Shown here: positions 11,193 to 24,475 of the stretch, piece after piece
Position numbering within the stretch: position 1 is the stretch's first letter
How the letters are laid out: each line of letters opens with the position of its first letter
Source of the DNA: Chiloscyllium plagiosum
Taxonomy: Eukaryota
Direction of reading: 5' to 3'
Assembly (NCBI RefSeq): GCF_004010195.1
Contig: NC_057760.1
Coordinates: 210,320 to 274,319, forward strand
Length of the DNA: 64,000 nt
Translations under genes and position numbers: made by a program
The notes under the pieces: generated by a model
Seen by the model: only the letters and a program-made list of their open reading frames with translations
What the model was told of the DNA's origin: nothing
Databases searched by the model: none

Positions 11193-14100
11193 TTAGAACA
11201 TACAACAATACAGTGCAGAACAGGGCCTTCGGCCCTCGGTTGCGCCAACCTGTGAACTATTCTCAGCTTGTTCCCCTACACTATCCCAAAATCATCCATG
11301 TGCTTATGTAAGGATTGTTCAAATCTCCCTAATGTGGCTGAGTTGACTACATTAGCAGGTAGGGCATTCCACGCTCTTACCACTCTGCGTAAAGAACCTG
11401 CCTCTGACATCTGTCTTAAATCTATCATCCCTCAATTTGTAGTTATGCCCTCTCGTACACGCTGATGTCATCATCCTAGGATAAAGACTTTCACTGTTTA
11501 CCCTATCTAGTCTTCTGATCATCCTGTATGTCTCTATCAAATCCCCTCTTAGCCGCCGCCTTGCCAGTGACAACAGGTTCAAGTCTCTCAGCCTTTCCTC
11601 ATAAGACCTTCCCTCCAGACCAGGCAACATCCTGGTAAATCTCCTCTGCACCTTTTCCAATGCTTCCACGTTCTTCCCGAAATATGGCGACCAGAACTGT
11701 ACACAATGTTCCAAGTGTGGCTGCACCAGCATTTTGTATAACTGCAGCATGATATTGCGGCTCTGGAACTCAATCCCTCTACGAATGAAAACTAACACAC
11801 CATATGCCTTCTTAACAGCACTATCAACCTGGGTGGCAACTTTCAGGGATCTGTGTACATGGACTCCAAGATCCCTCTGCACATCCACACGGCCAAGAAT
11901 CTTTCCATTGACCCAATACTCTGCCTTCCTGTTTTTCTTCCCAAAATGCATCACCTCACATTTAGCTGCATTGAACTCCATTTACCAACTCTCAGCCCAA
12001 TTCTACAGTTTATCCAAGTCCCCCTGCAACCTGTAACATTCTTCCACACTGTTCACTCCTCCACTTACTTTAGTGTCATCTACAAATTTACTAATCCATC
12101 CACCTTTGCCTGTGTCTCAGACATTTATAAAAATGACAAACAGCAGTGGTCCCAAAACAAATCCTTGTGGCACACCACTAATAACCGGACTCCAGGCTGA
12201 ATATTTTCCATCAACCACCACTCGCTGCCTTCTTTCAGAAAGCCAGTTTCTAATCCAAACTGCTAAATCACTGAAGAAGGGCCTGTGCCCGAAACGTCGA
12301 ATCTCCTGTTCCCTGGATGCTGCCTGACCTGCTGTGCTGTTCCAGCAATAAAGTTTCAACTGCTAAATCACCCTCAATTCCATGCCTCTGTATTTTCTCC
12401 AACAGCCTACCATGTGGAACCTTATCAAAGGCTTTACTGAAGTCCATGTATACCACGTCAACTGTCCTACCCTCATCTACATGCTTCATCGCCTTCTCAA
12501 AAAAACTCAGGTTTGTGAGACACGACCTGCCCTTGAAGAAACCATGTTGACTATCTGAAATCAAATTTTTGCTTGCTAGATGATTATAAATCTTATCTCT
12601 TATAATCCTTTCCAAAACCTTTCCTACAACAGAAGTAAGGCTCACTGATCTATAATTACCTGGGTCATCTCTGCTGCCTTTGAACAATGGCACATTTTTA
12701 ATCCTCCAGTCCTCTGGTACCAAACCTGTAGACAATGACGACTCAAATATCAAAGCCAAAGGCTCTGCTATCTCCTTCCTAGCTTCCCAGAGAATCCTCG
12801 GCTAAATCCCATCTGGCCCATGGGACTTGTCTACTTTCACTCCAAGAATTGTTAACACCTGTTCGTAACTAACCTCTATCCTTCCTAGTCTAATATTTTG
12901 TACCTCATTATTCTCCTTTTTCTGAGTGAAAACCGACGAGAAATGTTTGTTTGGCACCTCTCCGATCTCCACAGGGTCCACACAGAACTGTCTTTGCTTG
13001 ACCCTATTCCTACCCTAATCATCCTTTTATTCCTCACATATCTAGAGAAAGCTTTAGGGTTCTCCTTTATTCTATTTGCTAAAGACTACTCTTTGCTCTT
13101 AACTCTCTCTTTAAATCCTTCCTAGCTGATCTGTAACTCTCCATCGCCCCATCTGAATGGTCTTGCCTCATCAACACATAAGCCGCCTCCTTCTTCATAA
13201 CAAGAGATGCAATTTCTGTTGTAAAACACGGTTTCCTTACCTTATCACTTCCTCCCTGCTTGACAGGGACATACCTATCAAGGACACGTAATATCTGTTC
13301 CTTAAAACAGCTCCACATTTCCATTGTCTGCATCCCCTGCATTTTGCTACTCCATTCTATGCATCCTAATTCTTGCATAATCTCGTTATAATTGCCCTTG
13401 TCCCATCAATAATTCTTGACTTGTGGCATGTGCCTATCCCTTTCCATCACTAAACTAAACGTAACTGAATTATGGTCATGCTCTCCAATGTGCACACCTA
13501 CAACTAAATCAAACACCTGGCCTGGTTCATTACCAAGCACCAGATCCAGTGTGGTCTCCCCTCTTGTCAGCCCTTCGATATACTGTGTCAGGAACCCTCC
13601 TGTACACATTGGGCAAAAACTGATCCATCTGCCGCACTAGAGTTATAGCATTTCCAGTCAATGTTAGAGAAGTTAAAGTTCCCCATAATGACCACCCTGT
13701 TCCTTTCACTCCTACCCAGAATAATTTTGCTAATCCTCTTTTCCACCTCCCTGGAACTCTGTGGAGGCCTATAAAAAAACACCAACCATTGTGACCTCTC
13801 CTCTCCTGTTTCTAACCTCAGCCTACACTACCTCAGTAGACGAGTCCTCATCAAAAGTTCTCTCAGCCACCGTTATACTATCCTTGATTAACAAGGCCAT
13901 GCCTCCCCCTCTTTTACCGCCTTGCCTGTTCTCAATGAAAGACCTAAATCCTGGAACCTGCAACATCCATTCCTCACCCTGCTCTATCCACGTCTGCAAA
14001 ATGGCCACAACATCGAAGTCCCATGCTGCAAGCTCACCTACTTTACTTCGTACACTTCTGGCGTTGAAGTAGACACACTTCAAACCACTTTGCTGTCTGC

Positions 14101-14265
14101 CAGCACATTCCTGTGACCCTGAAATCCTGTCCCTGTCCTTCCTACTCTCATCGTCCTGTGCACTGCAACTACATCTCCGGTTCCCATCCCCCTGCTGAGC
14201 TAGTTTAAACCCACCCAAATAGCACCAGTAAATTTCCCATCCAGGATTTTAGTACCCCTCTGGTT
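11193..14265 (-). mobile_element. CR1/HER1-type LINE, decayed ORF2 (endonuclease and RT) to the 3' tail
   Basis: CVYFNARS, VYMDFSKAFDKVPHGRLL, SGVPQGFVLGPLLF, MEFNAAKCEVMHFG, LEKVQRRFTRMLPG in ORFs 11352-14218. Confidence 0.93.
12272..12357 (+). mobile_element. Short Penelope-pLTR insert inside CR1
   Basis: Flanking direct repeat AACTGCTAAATCAC at 12258-71 and 12358-71; the insert begins at the hammerhead core. Confidence 0.8.
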
Positions 14266-16010
14266 GAAGTACTTTTTTGTCTAGCGACTCATAGTACAAG
14301 GGTTTGGCTTCCACCAGGGCAGCTGGTGGAATTGAAAGCTAGTCTCGATGATTGTGACCAACCATCATTGTGATTAAAAATCATCTTGTTCACCAACCAG
14401 GTAGGAAATCTGTCATCCTTTAGCAGGATACGTACCATGGCTCCAAACCCACAGCCTTGTGATTGACATTTGACCGTCCACTGAAATGGCCCTAGCAAAC
14501 CACTTAGGGTCAGTTAGAGATTGAGATCAAATGTAAACTAACTAGTAGCGCTTGCGTTCTGTGAAAGAAATTCTACTGAGAGACTTAGTAGCCAATGAAA
14601 TACTTCTCATTTGTCTGTCGTAACCACATTGTACGCAGCGTGATTCCTCTTACTGACCGATCTCATTTCGTGTCTTTTGAACTTACAGAAACTGGTAGAG
14701 TAATGCTGGTCTTTAAACTGAAATAGGGATAAAAGGTCTCCATCTTTATCTGAGAGAAGAGACAGGACTTCTGTTTAACCATTTCATCTCAAACCATTTC
14801 TTACCAAAATTAGCATCTTGACCAATGCAATAGTGTGCTCAAATGTCAGCCTATGTTATGCTTTGAAGTCTCTCTAAAGTAGAACTAAAGTCAAAGACTG
14901 GGACTTTTTCCCACCGAAGCATAGGAAGTTGAGAGATGACCTTGTGGAAGTTTATAAAATGAGGGTATAAATAGGGTTAATGGTCATTGTCTTTTCCCTA
15001 GGATATGTAAGTTCAAGACAAGGGTGTGCATTTTTAAGATGAGAGGAAAGAGATTTTAAAAGACATGAGGGGTAAATTGTTTACACAGATGGGGCTCGTG
15101 TGGAATGAACCTCCTGAGGAAGTGGTGGATTTAGGTACAATTACAATGTTTAAAAGACATTTGGCAAAGTACATGAATAGTAAAGGTTTGGAGGAATATG
15201 GGCCAAGAGCAGGCAGGTGGGACTAGTTTAGTTTGAGATTATCTTTGGCGTGGACTGGTTAGACCAATGGACCTGTTCCCATGCTGTATAACTATATGAC
15301 TGTATAGGGTCATTGAACCAGGATTGAACACTGTCTGTCCATTTCTGTGAATTATACCTGTTCGGTGCCTCCTCCCAGGACATACTTCACTAGTGTATCT
15401 CCCATGGCTTTCCCATTTTAGAAATTGAAGGATCAATCACATTTCCGTCATTAGCTCTAGTCTAGGTTTGGGGGGGTTGAAGTCCAGGAATGCCCATAGA
15501 ACAATCTGCTGCTTAGTGAGATAATGTCCAAGTAAGAAGACTGTGACACAGATTGCAGATTTTATACGTACTACTCAATTTCCTATTGCTGTTGGGAGTT
15601 CTGTCCAACTACAACATGGATATTGGAGGGGGAGTAATTGGGTTAGGGTGAACAGTTGTGATTCAGCTCTTTTTCTTAAGTCCTACATTTTGTTTTATTT
15701 CTATTTTTCATTGTAAATATTAATAAATGTTGAATAGACTAAGCTGGCATACTGTAACATGCCCCTCCAATTATGGCATTTCAGTGCTTGAACAGGTCAG
15801 AGGGTCAGTACAGTGCTATATGTTACGCAATTCCTTTTCTATTATAAATTTGTTTTAAAAATTAAATATACTTTATTCATAAAACATATCTTTGTGTATG
15901 TACATACATAGTCACAAATGCAGTGGCGTGTCAAGGAAACTGAACTACAAACTTAGAATGGCTCAGTGAATTAACTCTTCAAGCTGCTCCATCATTCTTT
16001 AGTGTTATGA

Positions 16011-16325
16011 TTCGATTAGATTTCCTACACTATGGAAACAGGCCCTTCGGCCCAATGATTCCACACTGACCCTCCGAAGAGTAACCCACCCAGACCCATT
16101 TCCCTCTGACTAATGCACTTAACACTATGGGCAGTTTACCATGGCCAATTCACACTAACCTGCACATCTTTGGACTGTGGGAGGAAACCAGAGCACCCGG
16201 AGGAAACCCACGCAGACACAGGGAGAATGTGCAGACTCCACACAGCCAGTCACCTAAGGTGGGAGTTGAACCCGGGTCGCTGGTGCGGTGAGGTAGCAGT
16301 ACTAACCACTGTGCCACCGTGCCGT
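16011..16325 (-). mobile_element. HE1-type tRNA-derived V-SINE, full length
   Basis: A box TGGCACAGTGG, B box GGTTCAACTCC, V-domain GTGGGTTTCCTCCGGGTGCTC, CR1-like tail. Confidence 0.88.
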
Positions 16326-17956
16326 GGTAGATAAGTGTGAACGTACGAAGGTAGAATGAAAGAGCATATGCAGTCACAAGATGTCTAATATATATTGACT
16401 AAGTTATGGTGTTATGCATTGTGCAACACTGACACAACAGCATCTGGAATACATAGTGAAGAATAACATATGGAAATTAGTCACCTTGGAGTAAAGTGCA
16501 AAGGCACCATGAAAAATGAATGAACCTTGCTCTTTTTTTCCCCCCCTCTTTTCCTCCCTTTCCCTGCCTCTCATATCTGCTGGTGCCAAGTATTCTCTGA
16601 TGTTCCTTGTTGAAAGTATAAATTGCAGTGTGGGTTGAGATTGGGAAAGTAGCCAGTATAAGATCACTGGCCCCTTCCACTGAGCCAATTAAATCCTATT
16701 GTGGACCAAGTTGGCTAAAGTTTTCCATACGAATGAAATCAAAAGCAACTCAACCTCTTCACTCCGTGCAGCTTTCCTTCCTGCATTTCCTACAGTCTGT
16801 TAAAATCCAGACGTGGAAGTGTGTCATTAGACCATAGTGGGGGGATGGGTGTGGCCCGGTATTCCCTCGTCTCTGCACATTTTAGCAAAATTCACTGAGT
16901 GGACTCAGGATATATCCTGAAGTTTATTTTCTTTTTGACCTGTTCTATTGGGATCAAATGTGTCCCTCTTGTCTGCCTCTGTTGTTCCTCACCTCCACTC
17001 ATCCCTTAGAAAACCCTAAATTCTGAAGCAGCAGAGATGAATTAATTCAATATGTTCCATTTGCTGTGGTTTACTTTAAAAGCAAGCAGCACTGTGTTAG
17101 TTGTTACGAGGCTAGTGTAGCTTAGTAGGTTAGTTTATTTTAATGGTATCATAGAACATTCTGATAAAACTGTTGCAGTATGAGCTGACTCTAGTCACTG
17201 TGAAAAGGCTCGTTGTCACTGATGTGAGTTTTCCCACCTCTGTGTCCAGGATGCTGTTATCTCTGCCCAGGTTAAAGATCCAGAGATGTTGGTGGCTCTG
17301 CATTTGCTTTACCCAAACGACCATCCTTATTTGTTAGTTGACTTTTGACGGGAACTATTCGACCACGTGCAGTGAAGGCCTAAAAACCGAAAGAACTGCA
17401 GGTGCTGCAAATCAGAAACAAAAACAAAAAATTGCTGGAAAATCAAAGGTCTGGCAGCATCTGTGGACAGAATTCAAAGTTAACCGGGGTGACCCTCCGA
17501 ATGCAGTGAAGGCATGTTGCCAGTATATGCACTTCCATGGCCCACTTGGGTGGTAGGCGTGATTCCTTGGTACACTGTTAGCAGTGGGAAACCTAAAATT
17601 TAATTCTTGTTTCCATAGCCCAGAGGCAATGAGACCAATGTCAGCATCTTGTCTCCCGATCGAGCTTGTCAGGTAACTTATCAGGCCATGAATCAAACCA
17701 GCATCTCTCTTGAATTATATGGTGTGTCATACATCAGGTGCTTTTCCATTGCCTTGCTAGACCGTGGATAATTTTGAACCCCTAGGTTGTGTTGAAGAGG
17801 AAGCATGCTGAATCGGGCAGTAACAGCGAGTGTGTGTTCCGAGTGTCACTTGTCTTCGGTATTTCTTAGCGAACAATAAGTTTTCAATCTCTCAAGCTCT
17901 AACTGTTTAACAGTCTGACTTTTTTTTTCTTGTCTTGTCCTTTTTGAATTGGCCAG

Positions 17957-18064
17957 ATGTCCCTGGTGGATTTGGGGAAGAGGTTGTTGGAGGCCGCTCG
18001 AAAAGGACAGGATGATGAGGTGCGAACACTAATGGCAAATGGTGCTCCCTTCACTACAGATTGG
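17957..18064 (+). CDS. GABPB2: GABPB2 coding exon 1 ([36 protein letters not shown])
   Basis: Pyrimidine tract and AG at 17955-56 directly before the ATG; GTAAGT donor at 18065. Translation matches the recalled GABP-beta N-terminus with GABPB2-type residues ([15 protein letters not shown]). Confidence 0.95.
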
Positions 18065-19084
18065 GTAAGTGAACCATTTTTTTTCGGTGTGAGTGCTGGT
18101 TGGTGAACATCAGGCAGTATATTTTTTAAAAATGTGATGTTTTTGAGCAGGAACTCTGCATTCTGAACATGGCCCATCCCCAGGAAGCATTGAAGAAGAA
18201 AGAGGTGCTTTAAAACCTCAAACCACAGCTGACTGGCTATGAACCAGTAATACAGCAGGCAATATGTTTACTTTTAGAGAATACTCTGGGAGCCCCTGGA
18301 TAACAGTATTTGGGCCATTGGATTCTAGTAGTTAGGAAGATGATGTGAATGCACCCAGACATTTAGAGATACTAGACACAAGCAAATCAGGTGGGTTAGA
18401 AATAATGGTGAAATGGAGCAGATGGAAGTTAGGTAGATTAAAGCTGCTTTGTATGCGTATGTGAGAATGGGTGTAGGAAAGAAAAAGACTGTGTGGTACC
18501 GTCTGTCAGGAATCATTCGTGTGTTGATGAGAGAGAAGACTGGGAATTAGAACAGTCGCTATTCATGAATCCAGAGGGAGGTAAAGATAACAACAACATT
18601 GCATTCCAGGGCAATTGTCTGGGAGGACAAGTAAAGCATCAGTGCTTAAAGCCTTAGTTATAATCACCAGGAAGGATTTAATCTGCCTGACACAAGTCTG
18701 AACTTAAACCTGAGATAGTCTGAGTTAATTATTCTTCAAGAATCTCCCCTCATAGTCTGCAAGGGAAGCCACAAGAAGAATGTCAATATTGGATTTGTTC
18801 TAGACTAACAATAATGCTTCCTTGTGCTGGGGTGGCAAGAGGAGGAGTTGGGATCTAGTATTAAAATAGTGGTTAATTTAAGGATGAAATAAAGCAGAAC
18901 ACTAGCAAAAACTATTTTAAGAAATTGAATTTTAACTAAATTCCACCAGTTTCCATGGTGGGGTTTGAGGCCCTGTCCCTCTAACATTACCTGGGTGTCT
19001 GGGTTACAAGTTCAGTGTTTTAAAACTGCACCACTGACTTCACTTTTTTTTCATAATCCTGTTGTACTCGTTGACATTAGTAGG

Positions 19085-20462
19085 GAAGATGTGTTGGGTA
19101 GGCCAGAAGTTATTATCTCCAGGACCCAGATGGGATCTATCCCAGGTTGCTGAGGGAGGCGAGAGGGGAAATAGCTGGGGCCCTGATAGATATCTTTGTA
19201 GCATCCTTAAACACGGGAGATGCCTGAGGACTGGAGGGTCGCTGGTGTTGTTCCCCCTGTACAAGAAGTGTAGTAGGGATATTCCGGGTAACTACAGACC
19301 AGTGAGCCTGACGTCAGTGGTGGGAAAGTTGCTGGAGAAGGTACTGAGGGATAAAATCTATTTATTTTTGGAAAAGAATGGGCTTATCAATGATAGGCAA
19401 CATGGTTTTGTGTGGGGGAGATCGTGCCTTACCAACTTAATAGAGTTCTTTTGAGGAAGTGACTGAGTTGATAGATGAAGGAAGGGCTGTAGATGTCATA
19501 TACATGAACTTTAGTAAGGCGTTGATAAGGTTCCCCATAGTAAACTAATAGAGAAAGTAAAATCACATGGTACGCAGGGTGTTGTAGCTAGGTGGATAAA
19601 GAACTGGTTGAGCAACAGGAGACAGAGTAGGAGTTGAAGGGAGTTTTTTTGAAATGGAGAAAGGTGACCAGTGGTGTTCCACAGGGATCAGTGCTGGGGC
19701 CACTGTTGTTTGTGATATATATACATATATGATCTGGAAGAGGGCATTGTTGGTTTGCAGATGACACGAAGACTGGTGTAGTAACAGAAAGCATAGGGGA
19801 CTGTCAAAGAATACAGGAGAATATGGTTAGACTGGAGAGTTGAGCGGAGAAGTGGCAGATGGAGTTCAATCTAGGCAAATGTGAGGTGATACATTTTGGG
19901 AAGTCTAATTTTAGAGCGCAGTATACAGTAAATGGAAGTCTGGAGAAAAGTTGATGAGCAGAGAGAACTGGGAGTTCAGGTCCATTGTACCCGGAAGGTT
20001 GCTGCACAGGTGGATAGTGGTCAAGAAGGCATTTGGTATGCTTGCCTTCATCGGACTGGATATTGAGGATAAGAACTGGCAGGTTATGTTAAAATTGTAC
20101 ACTATGTTGGTTCGGCCGCATTTAGCATACTGTGTACAGTTCTGGTCGCCACATTACCAAAAGGATGTGAATGCTTTGGAGAGGGTGCAGAGAAGGTTTA
20201 CGAGGATGTTGCCTGGTATGGAAGGTGCTAGCTGTGAAGAGAGGTTGAGTAGGTTAGGTTTGTTTTCATTAGAAAAAAGGAGATTGAGGGGGGGATCTGA
20301 TTGAGGTCTACAAAATCAAGAAAGGTATAGACAAGGTAGATAGAGATGAGCTTTTTCCCAGGGTGAGAGGTCAAGGTGTGAGGTGAAAAGTTTAAGGGGG
20401 ATACACGCAGCAAGTCCTTTACACGGGGTGGTACGTGCCTGGAATGTGTTGCCAGCAGAGGT
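19085..20462 (+). mobile_element. CR1/HER1-type LINE RT fragment
   Basis: PGNYRPVSLTSVVGKLLE, QHGFV..RSCLTNLIEFF, LERVQRRFTRMLPG. Confidence 0.9.
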
Positions 20463-20555
20463 GACTCCAGATCCACAGCAATGTGATTGACTGACTCATC
20501 ACTACCTTCTGAAATGGCCTGGCAAGTCACTCAATTTGAATGTAAGTAGTGATGG

Positions 20556-20880
20556 TGTTATGTGTAGGGCAGTTTAGAAATTCACTGAGGAGGCTTGTAG
20601 AACTTGAACCGGGAGAAATCTATTAAATGTCTTTAGAGCTATTCAAACTGATCCAAAGCTCTCGCTCCGGGTCACCAGACCCACTGTTTTAAAGAGACAG
20701 CATTCGCTTCCAACTGCATACATAACATCCCTCCTTTTAATTTAATAACTCCCATTCATGAACATATATACAACATTTGTACTGTCATCATAGTAAACTT
20801 ATTTTACATAGTCAGGAATATTTACAAAGACACGGAAAGCATGTGAATGACCACTCTCTCCACCTGTGCAAGTCCTGGCC
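20556..20880 (-). mobile_element. LTR-retrotransposon 3' end (PPT and 172-bp LTR)
   Basis: 20556-20727 is bounded by TGTTATGT...ACATAACA; the - strand purine tract AAAAGGAGGGA abuts the TG at 20727. Confidence 0.55.
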
Positions 20881-21386
20881 AATCAGATAGCTTTGTATCA
20901 TTAGCAAATATAGATACACTAATGTCTGTCTGTTCATCTAAATCATTCAGAAATAGCTGAAGTCTCATGACTAATTCGTGTGGCACCTCACTGAGCACAG
21001 CTTGCCAGCGTAAAAAGTTCCCTTTTAAAGATGGGAAGGACATGTGGTTTTGTCAGCAGTGTCCATATCCTAACCAGGTTAAGGTCACATCTTGCTCTGG
21101 TGTCCTCCACTGGTGAGCTCAACCTATTGATGGTCATCCTAGAACGGTCACTGTCTAGGCTTGAGAAACGGAAGGTTGACTGCGTGCTTGTGAACTGCTT
21201 TCCCACAAATCAGAAAGAGCAGAAGGGACAGAGTGCAGCTTTTTAAAATTGAAGCCTCATGTAGCGAAGCATTGTCATCGATTCACTCGCGTGTCTTTCA
21301 GAGGCAATACTGCCAGGTAGCACCATTTTATCTCTGGGCACATCTTGCTGTAATAGAATTTGATGTATCATTCTCCTTCTCCCTAG

Positions 21387-21554
21387 CTGGGCACATCTCC
21401 TCTTCATCTTGCAGCCCAGTACGGTCATTATTCAACAGCAGAAGTCCTCCTCCGGGCCGGAGTTAGTCGGGACGCCCGAACCAAAGTTGACAGGACACCA
21501 CTGCACATGGCAGCAGCTGAGGGCCATGCAAGCATTGTGGAGCTCTTGATCAGG
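21387..21554 (+). CDS. GABPB2: GABPB2 coding exon 2, ankyrin repeats ([56 protein letters not shown])
   Basis: ccctag acceptor, gtaagc donor, 168 nt, phase 0/0; ankyrin S/TPLHxAA motifs. Confidence 0.96.
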
Positions 21555-21911
21555 GTAAGCTTTCAGTAGAGATTTGCCCATTGGGAGTCACTTCCCTGCT
21601 TTATATCTTTTAAAAATGAAACAAACTATGACCAAATTCTTTGACTAAAAGCCACAAGTGTCAGAGTTGTGCAGCTGGTCAGTCAGTTTCTGGCAGACCC
21701 CCCCCCCCCCCCCCCCCCCCACCGTGCCCCTACACAGCTGCTGGATACGTGTGTTTAATACTGAGAATCAATTTTCTTTCCTACAATCCAAACTGAATGC
21801 TTCCAAACAGGAGAAGGCAAAGTCAAGAGAAGAGAGGTGCTAAATATATTCACAAAGAAACAGTGTTGGGTCAATGCTCAGCAGCTGGTATTTTATCTGC
21901 AATACTCTATA

Positions 21912-22053
21912 CAGAGCAACCTCGATTATCTGAGCATCGATTATCCGAATGAGATCCCAAGGCCCAGATGCTTGGGTAAACTGTTGTCCGAACATTCACT
22001 TTATCCGAACAAAATACTCTGTCCGTGTCGTTCGGATAATTGAGGTTGCCCTG
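21912..22053. mobile_element. Tc1/mariner-pogo-type MITE, 142 bp
   Basis: 22-bp TIRs (CAGAGCAACCTCGATTATCTGA vs CAGGGCAACCTCAATTATCCGA) flanked by TA at 21910-11 and 22054-55. Confidence 0.8.
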
Positions 22054-23279
22054 TATATCACTGAAATAGCAAGCTGATAAGGCCATTAACAGAGAGCAGG
22101 CCAAGCTCTGGGGTTCAGTTCTCGAGGCATGGAATTGAAAAATAGAATAATCGCCTTAAACATGTTTTAAGTCTTGGGTGGATCAGACTTGGTGTTCCTG
22201 TGAACAGTTTAGAGACACTGGAGAAGGTGCAAGAAAAGATTTACTGGAATACAGCAATGCTGCTGCAACCAAAAAGACTTTAAGCCTGTTGGGGAAGATT
22301 AAACGATGTTGGATCCTTTTCTGGTTATGTTAGGAAGAAGAGAGATTGACTTAATTGAGGTCTTTAAAGCATGAAAGGATTTGATAGAATTAATGAAAGG
22401 CAGCTGTTTCTGTTTGTTGGGGAAACTAAAGGTATGGTTCAGAGAGCCCTCTTGTGGCACAGTGGTAGTGTCCCTACTGCTGATGACCAGGAGGCCCAGG
22501 TCCAAGTCCAAGTCCAAGTCCCACGTCCCACCTGCTTCAGAGGTATGTCGTAACATCTCTGAACAGGTTGATTAGGGAAATTAGTTTAAAGGAAATATTT
22601 GGGTCAGCTATATAAGGCTGAACAATCTAATTGGGAATTGAGGGCAAACTTGTTCACCCAAAGAGTTGGGGGAGAAATGGGACTTACTCCCACAGGGAGT
22701 GGTCAAGGTGAATAATAGATCCATTGAGAAATGAAGCTGGGTAAGTACACAGTGGAGAAAGGAATAGAAAGATACGATGATGAAGTTAAACGAGGAAAGA
22801 CAGCAGGAGGCCATGTGGAGCAATAATACCAGCATTAACCTTTTTTTGGCTGAATCAATTGTTCCTGTGCTGTTTGCAGGAATGAAGCATCAGAAAAGCT
22901 GATAGCAATCTTTTCTTAGATATGTGAAGAAGTAGTAACGACAGCTGATTTTGTATTCCAACCTGTCCCTCAGCAATGTCCGAGAATGTGCTGTTTGTTT
23001 GCTAGCTGCAGCTCGGGTTGGTGTGGGCCTCAAACATTTTGGATCTGTGAAAGATAAATGATGGCGTGAGTTTACAGATTGGAGAGTAGGAGCAGGAAGG
23101 TGCAAATGGATTTGGGTAAAGTGGTGCACAGAAAGTGAGAAGCTAATGGATTGGTGCAGAAAGTTATGGAAAACACGAATAGATTGGTTTTGTGTGGATT
23201 GCATGTGTTGACATGTAAATGTGAGAAAATCGTATATGGAGGCTTGTTTTGGCAGCACTTGGAACACTGTGATCAGCTT

Positions 23280-23810
23280 TAGGCACTGGATCTCAGGGAA
23301 ACAGTCTCCTGCACTGTTAACCCATTTTTATAGATGCACTGCAGAAAGCATCCTATATGGATGCATCATGGCTTGGTATGGCAACTGCTGTGCCCAAGAC
23401 GGCAAGAAATTAGCATTGTGAATGTAGCCAAGTCCATCATGCAATCAGCCTTGCATTTGTTGACTCGGTCTGCATTTCCTGCTGCCTCAGGAAAACAGCC
23501 GACGTAATCAAAGACTCCTCCTGTCCAGGTTATACTCTCTTCCCACCCTGCTCCATGGGCAGGAGATACAAAAGTTTGAAAACACGTACCAACAGACTCA
23601 AGAATAGCTTCTTCCCAACTGTTATCAGACTTATGAACAGACCTCTCATATGCTAGAATTAATCTTTCTCTACACCTTTTTTTTGTAGCTTTAACTCTAT
23701 ATTTTGCATTCTATCCTGATGTAGTTACATTAGATATGATTTATCTGGGTAGCACACAAAACAATACTTTTCACTGTACCTCGGTATATGTGGCAATGAT
23801 AAATTAAATA
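23280..23810 (+). mobile_element. Rex1/Babar-type LINE 3' fragment
   Basis: LLTHFYRCTAESILYGCIMAWYGNC...DGKKL, a recalled Rex1-like C-terminal motif. Confidence 0.65.
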
Positions 23811-24280
23811 AAGCATTAAATTATGAATCTGGCATATATTCAGTTTAAGGTGATTTTAATTGAGATATTTAAAATTTTATAGAATAGATACCAGGGAAAC
23901 TATTACCTTTGGGCAAAGCAAAAGGGTATGATCTTAAAAGCTAGAGCTAAGCCATTTGAAGTAAAATCAGGGAGCACATTTGCATACACAAGGTAGTGAT
24001 GTAAATCCGGAGCTTATAGCCTCAGAAGGCTGGAGATGCTGAGGGAATTAAAATTCCTAAGGTTTGAGATGGATGAATGGATTTTGTTTATTATAAAAAT
24101 GAGGAAATGGAATTTAGATGCCAATGCCAATGATCTACTTGAATGGCAGGACAGATTTGAGGGGATGAATGGCCACCTCCTGTCTTTTTGCCACTAGTCG
24201 TCACTTTGTCTCAGATGTGTGCAAATGCAGGCTGGCTCAATGACGCATGTCCAAATACCTTCTTTTTCTTTCCAATGTAG

Positions 24281-24475
24281 AACAATGCAGATATAAATGC
24301 TAAGGACATGCTGAAGATGACTGCTTTGCACTGGGCAGTGGAACATGACCATCGCGAGGTGGTGGAGATTTTGTTAAAATATGGAGCAGATGTTCATGCT
24401 TTGAGCAAATTTGACAAAAATGCCTTTGATATCGCCCTTGACAAGCACAATCCTGAATTGGTGGGAATATTGCAG
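24281..24475 (+). CDS. GABPB2: GABPB2 coding exon 3, ankyrin repeats ([22 protein letters not shown]...[24 protein letters not shown])
   Basis: tgtag acceptor, gtatgt donor, 195 nt, phase 0/0; overlaps ORF 24308..24508. Confidence 0.96.

Noticed and set aside
11352..14218. Long RT/endonuclease ORFs as an active LINE or host gene (also 29626-31402)
   Set aside because: Multiple stops, frameshifts, deletions and nested insertions.
16011..16325. tRNA genes suggested by A/B boxes here and at 41336, 59660, 60684 and 63197
   Set aside because: They are SINE heads continuing into a V-domain and LINE tail; no complete cloverleaf seen.
21698..21720. Long poly-C run (also the G run near 3230 and C run near 26885)
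   Set aside because: Simple homopolymers with unreliable length and no supporting structure.
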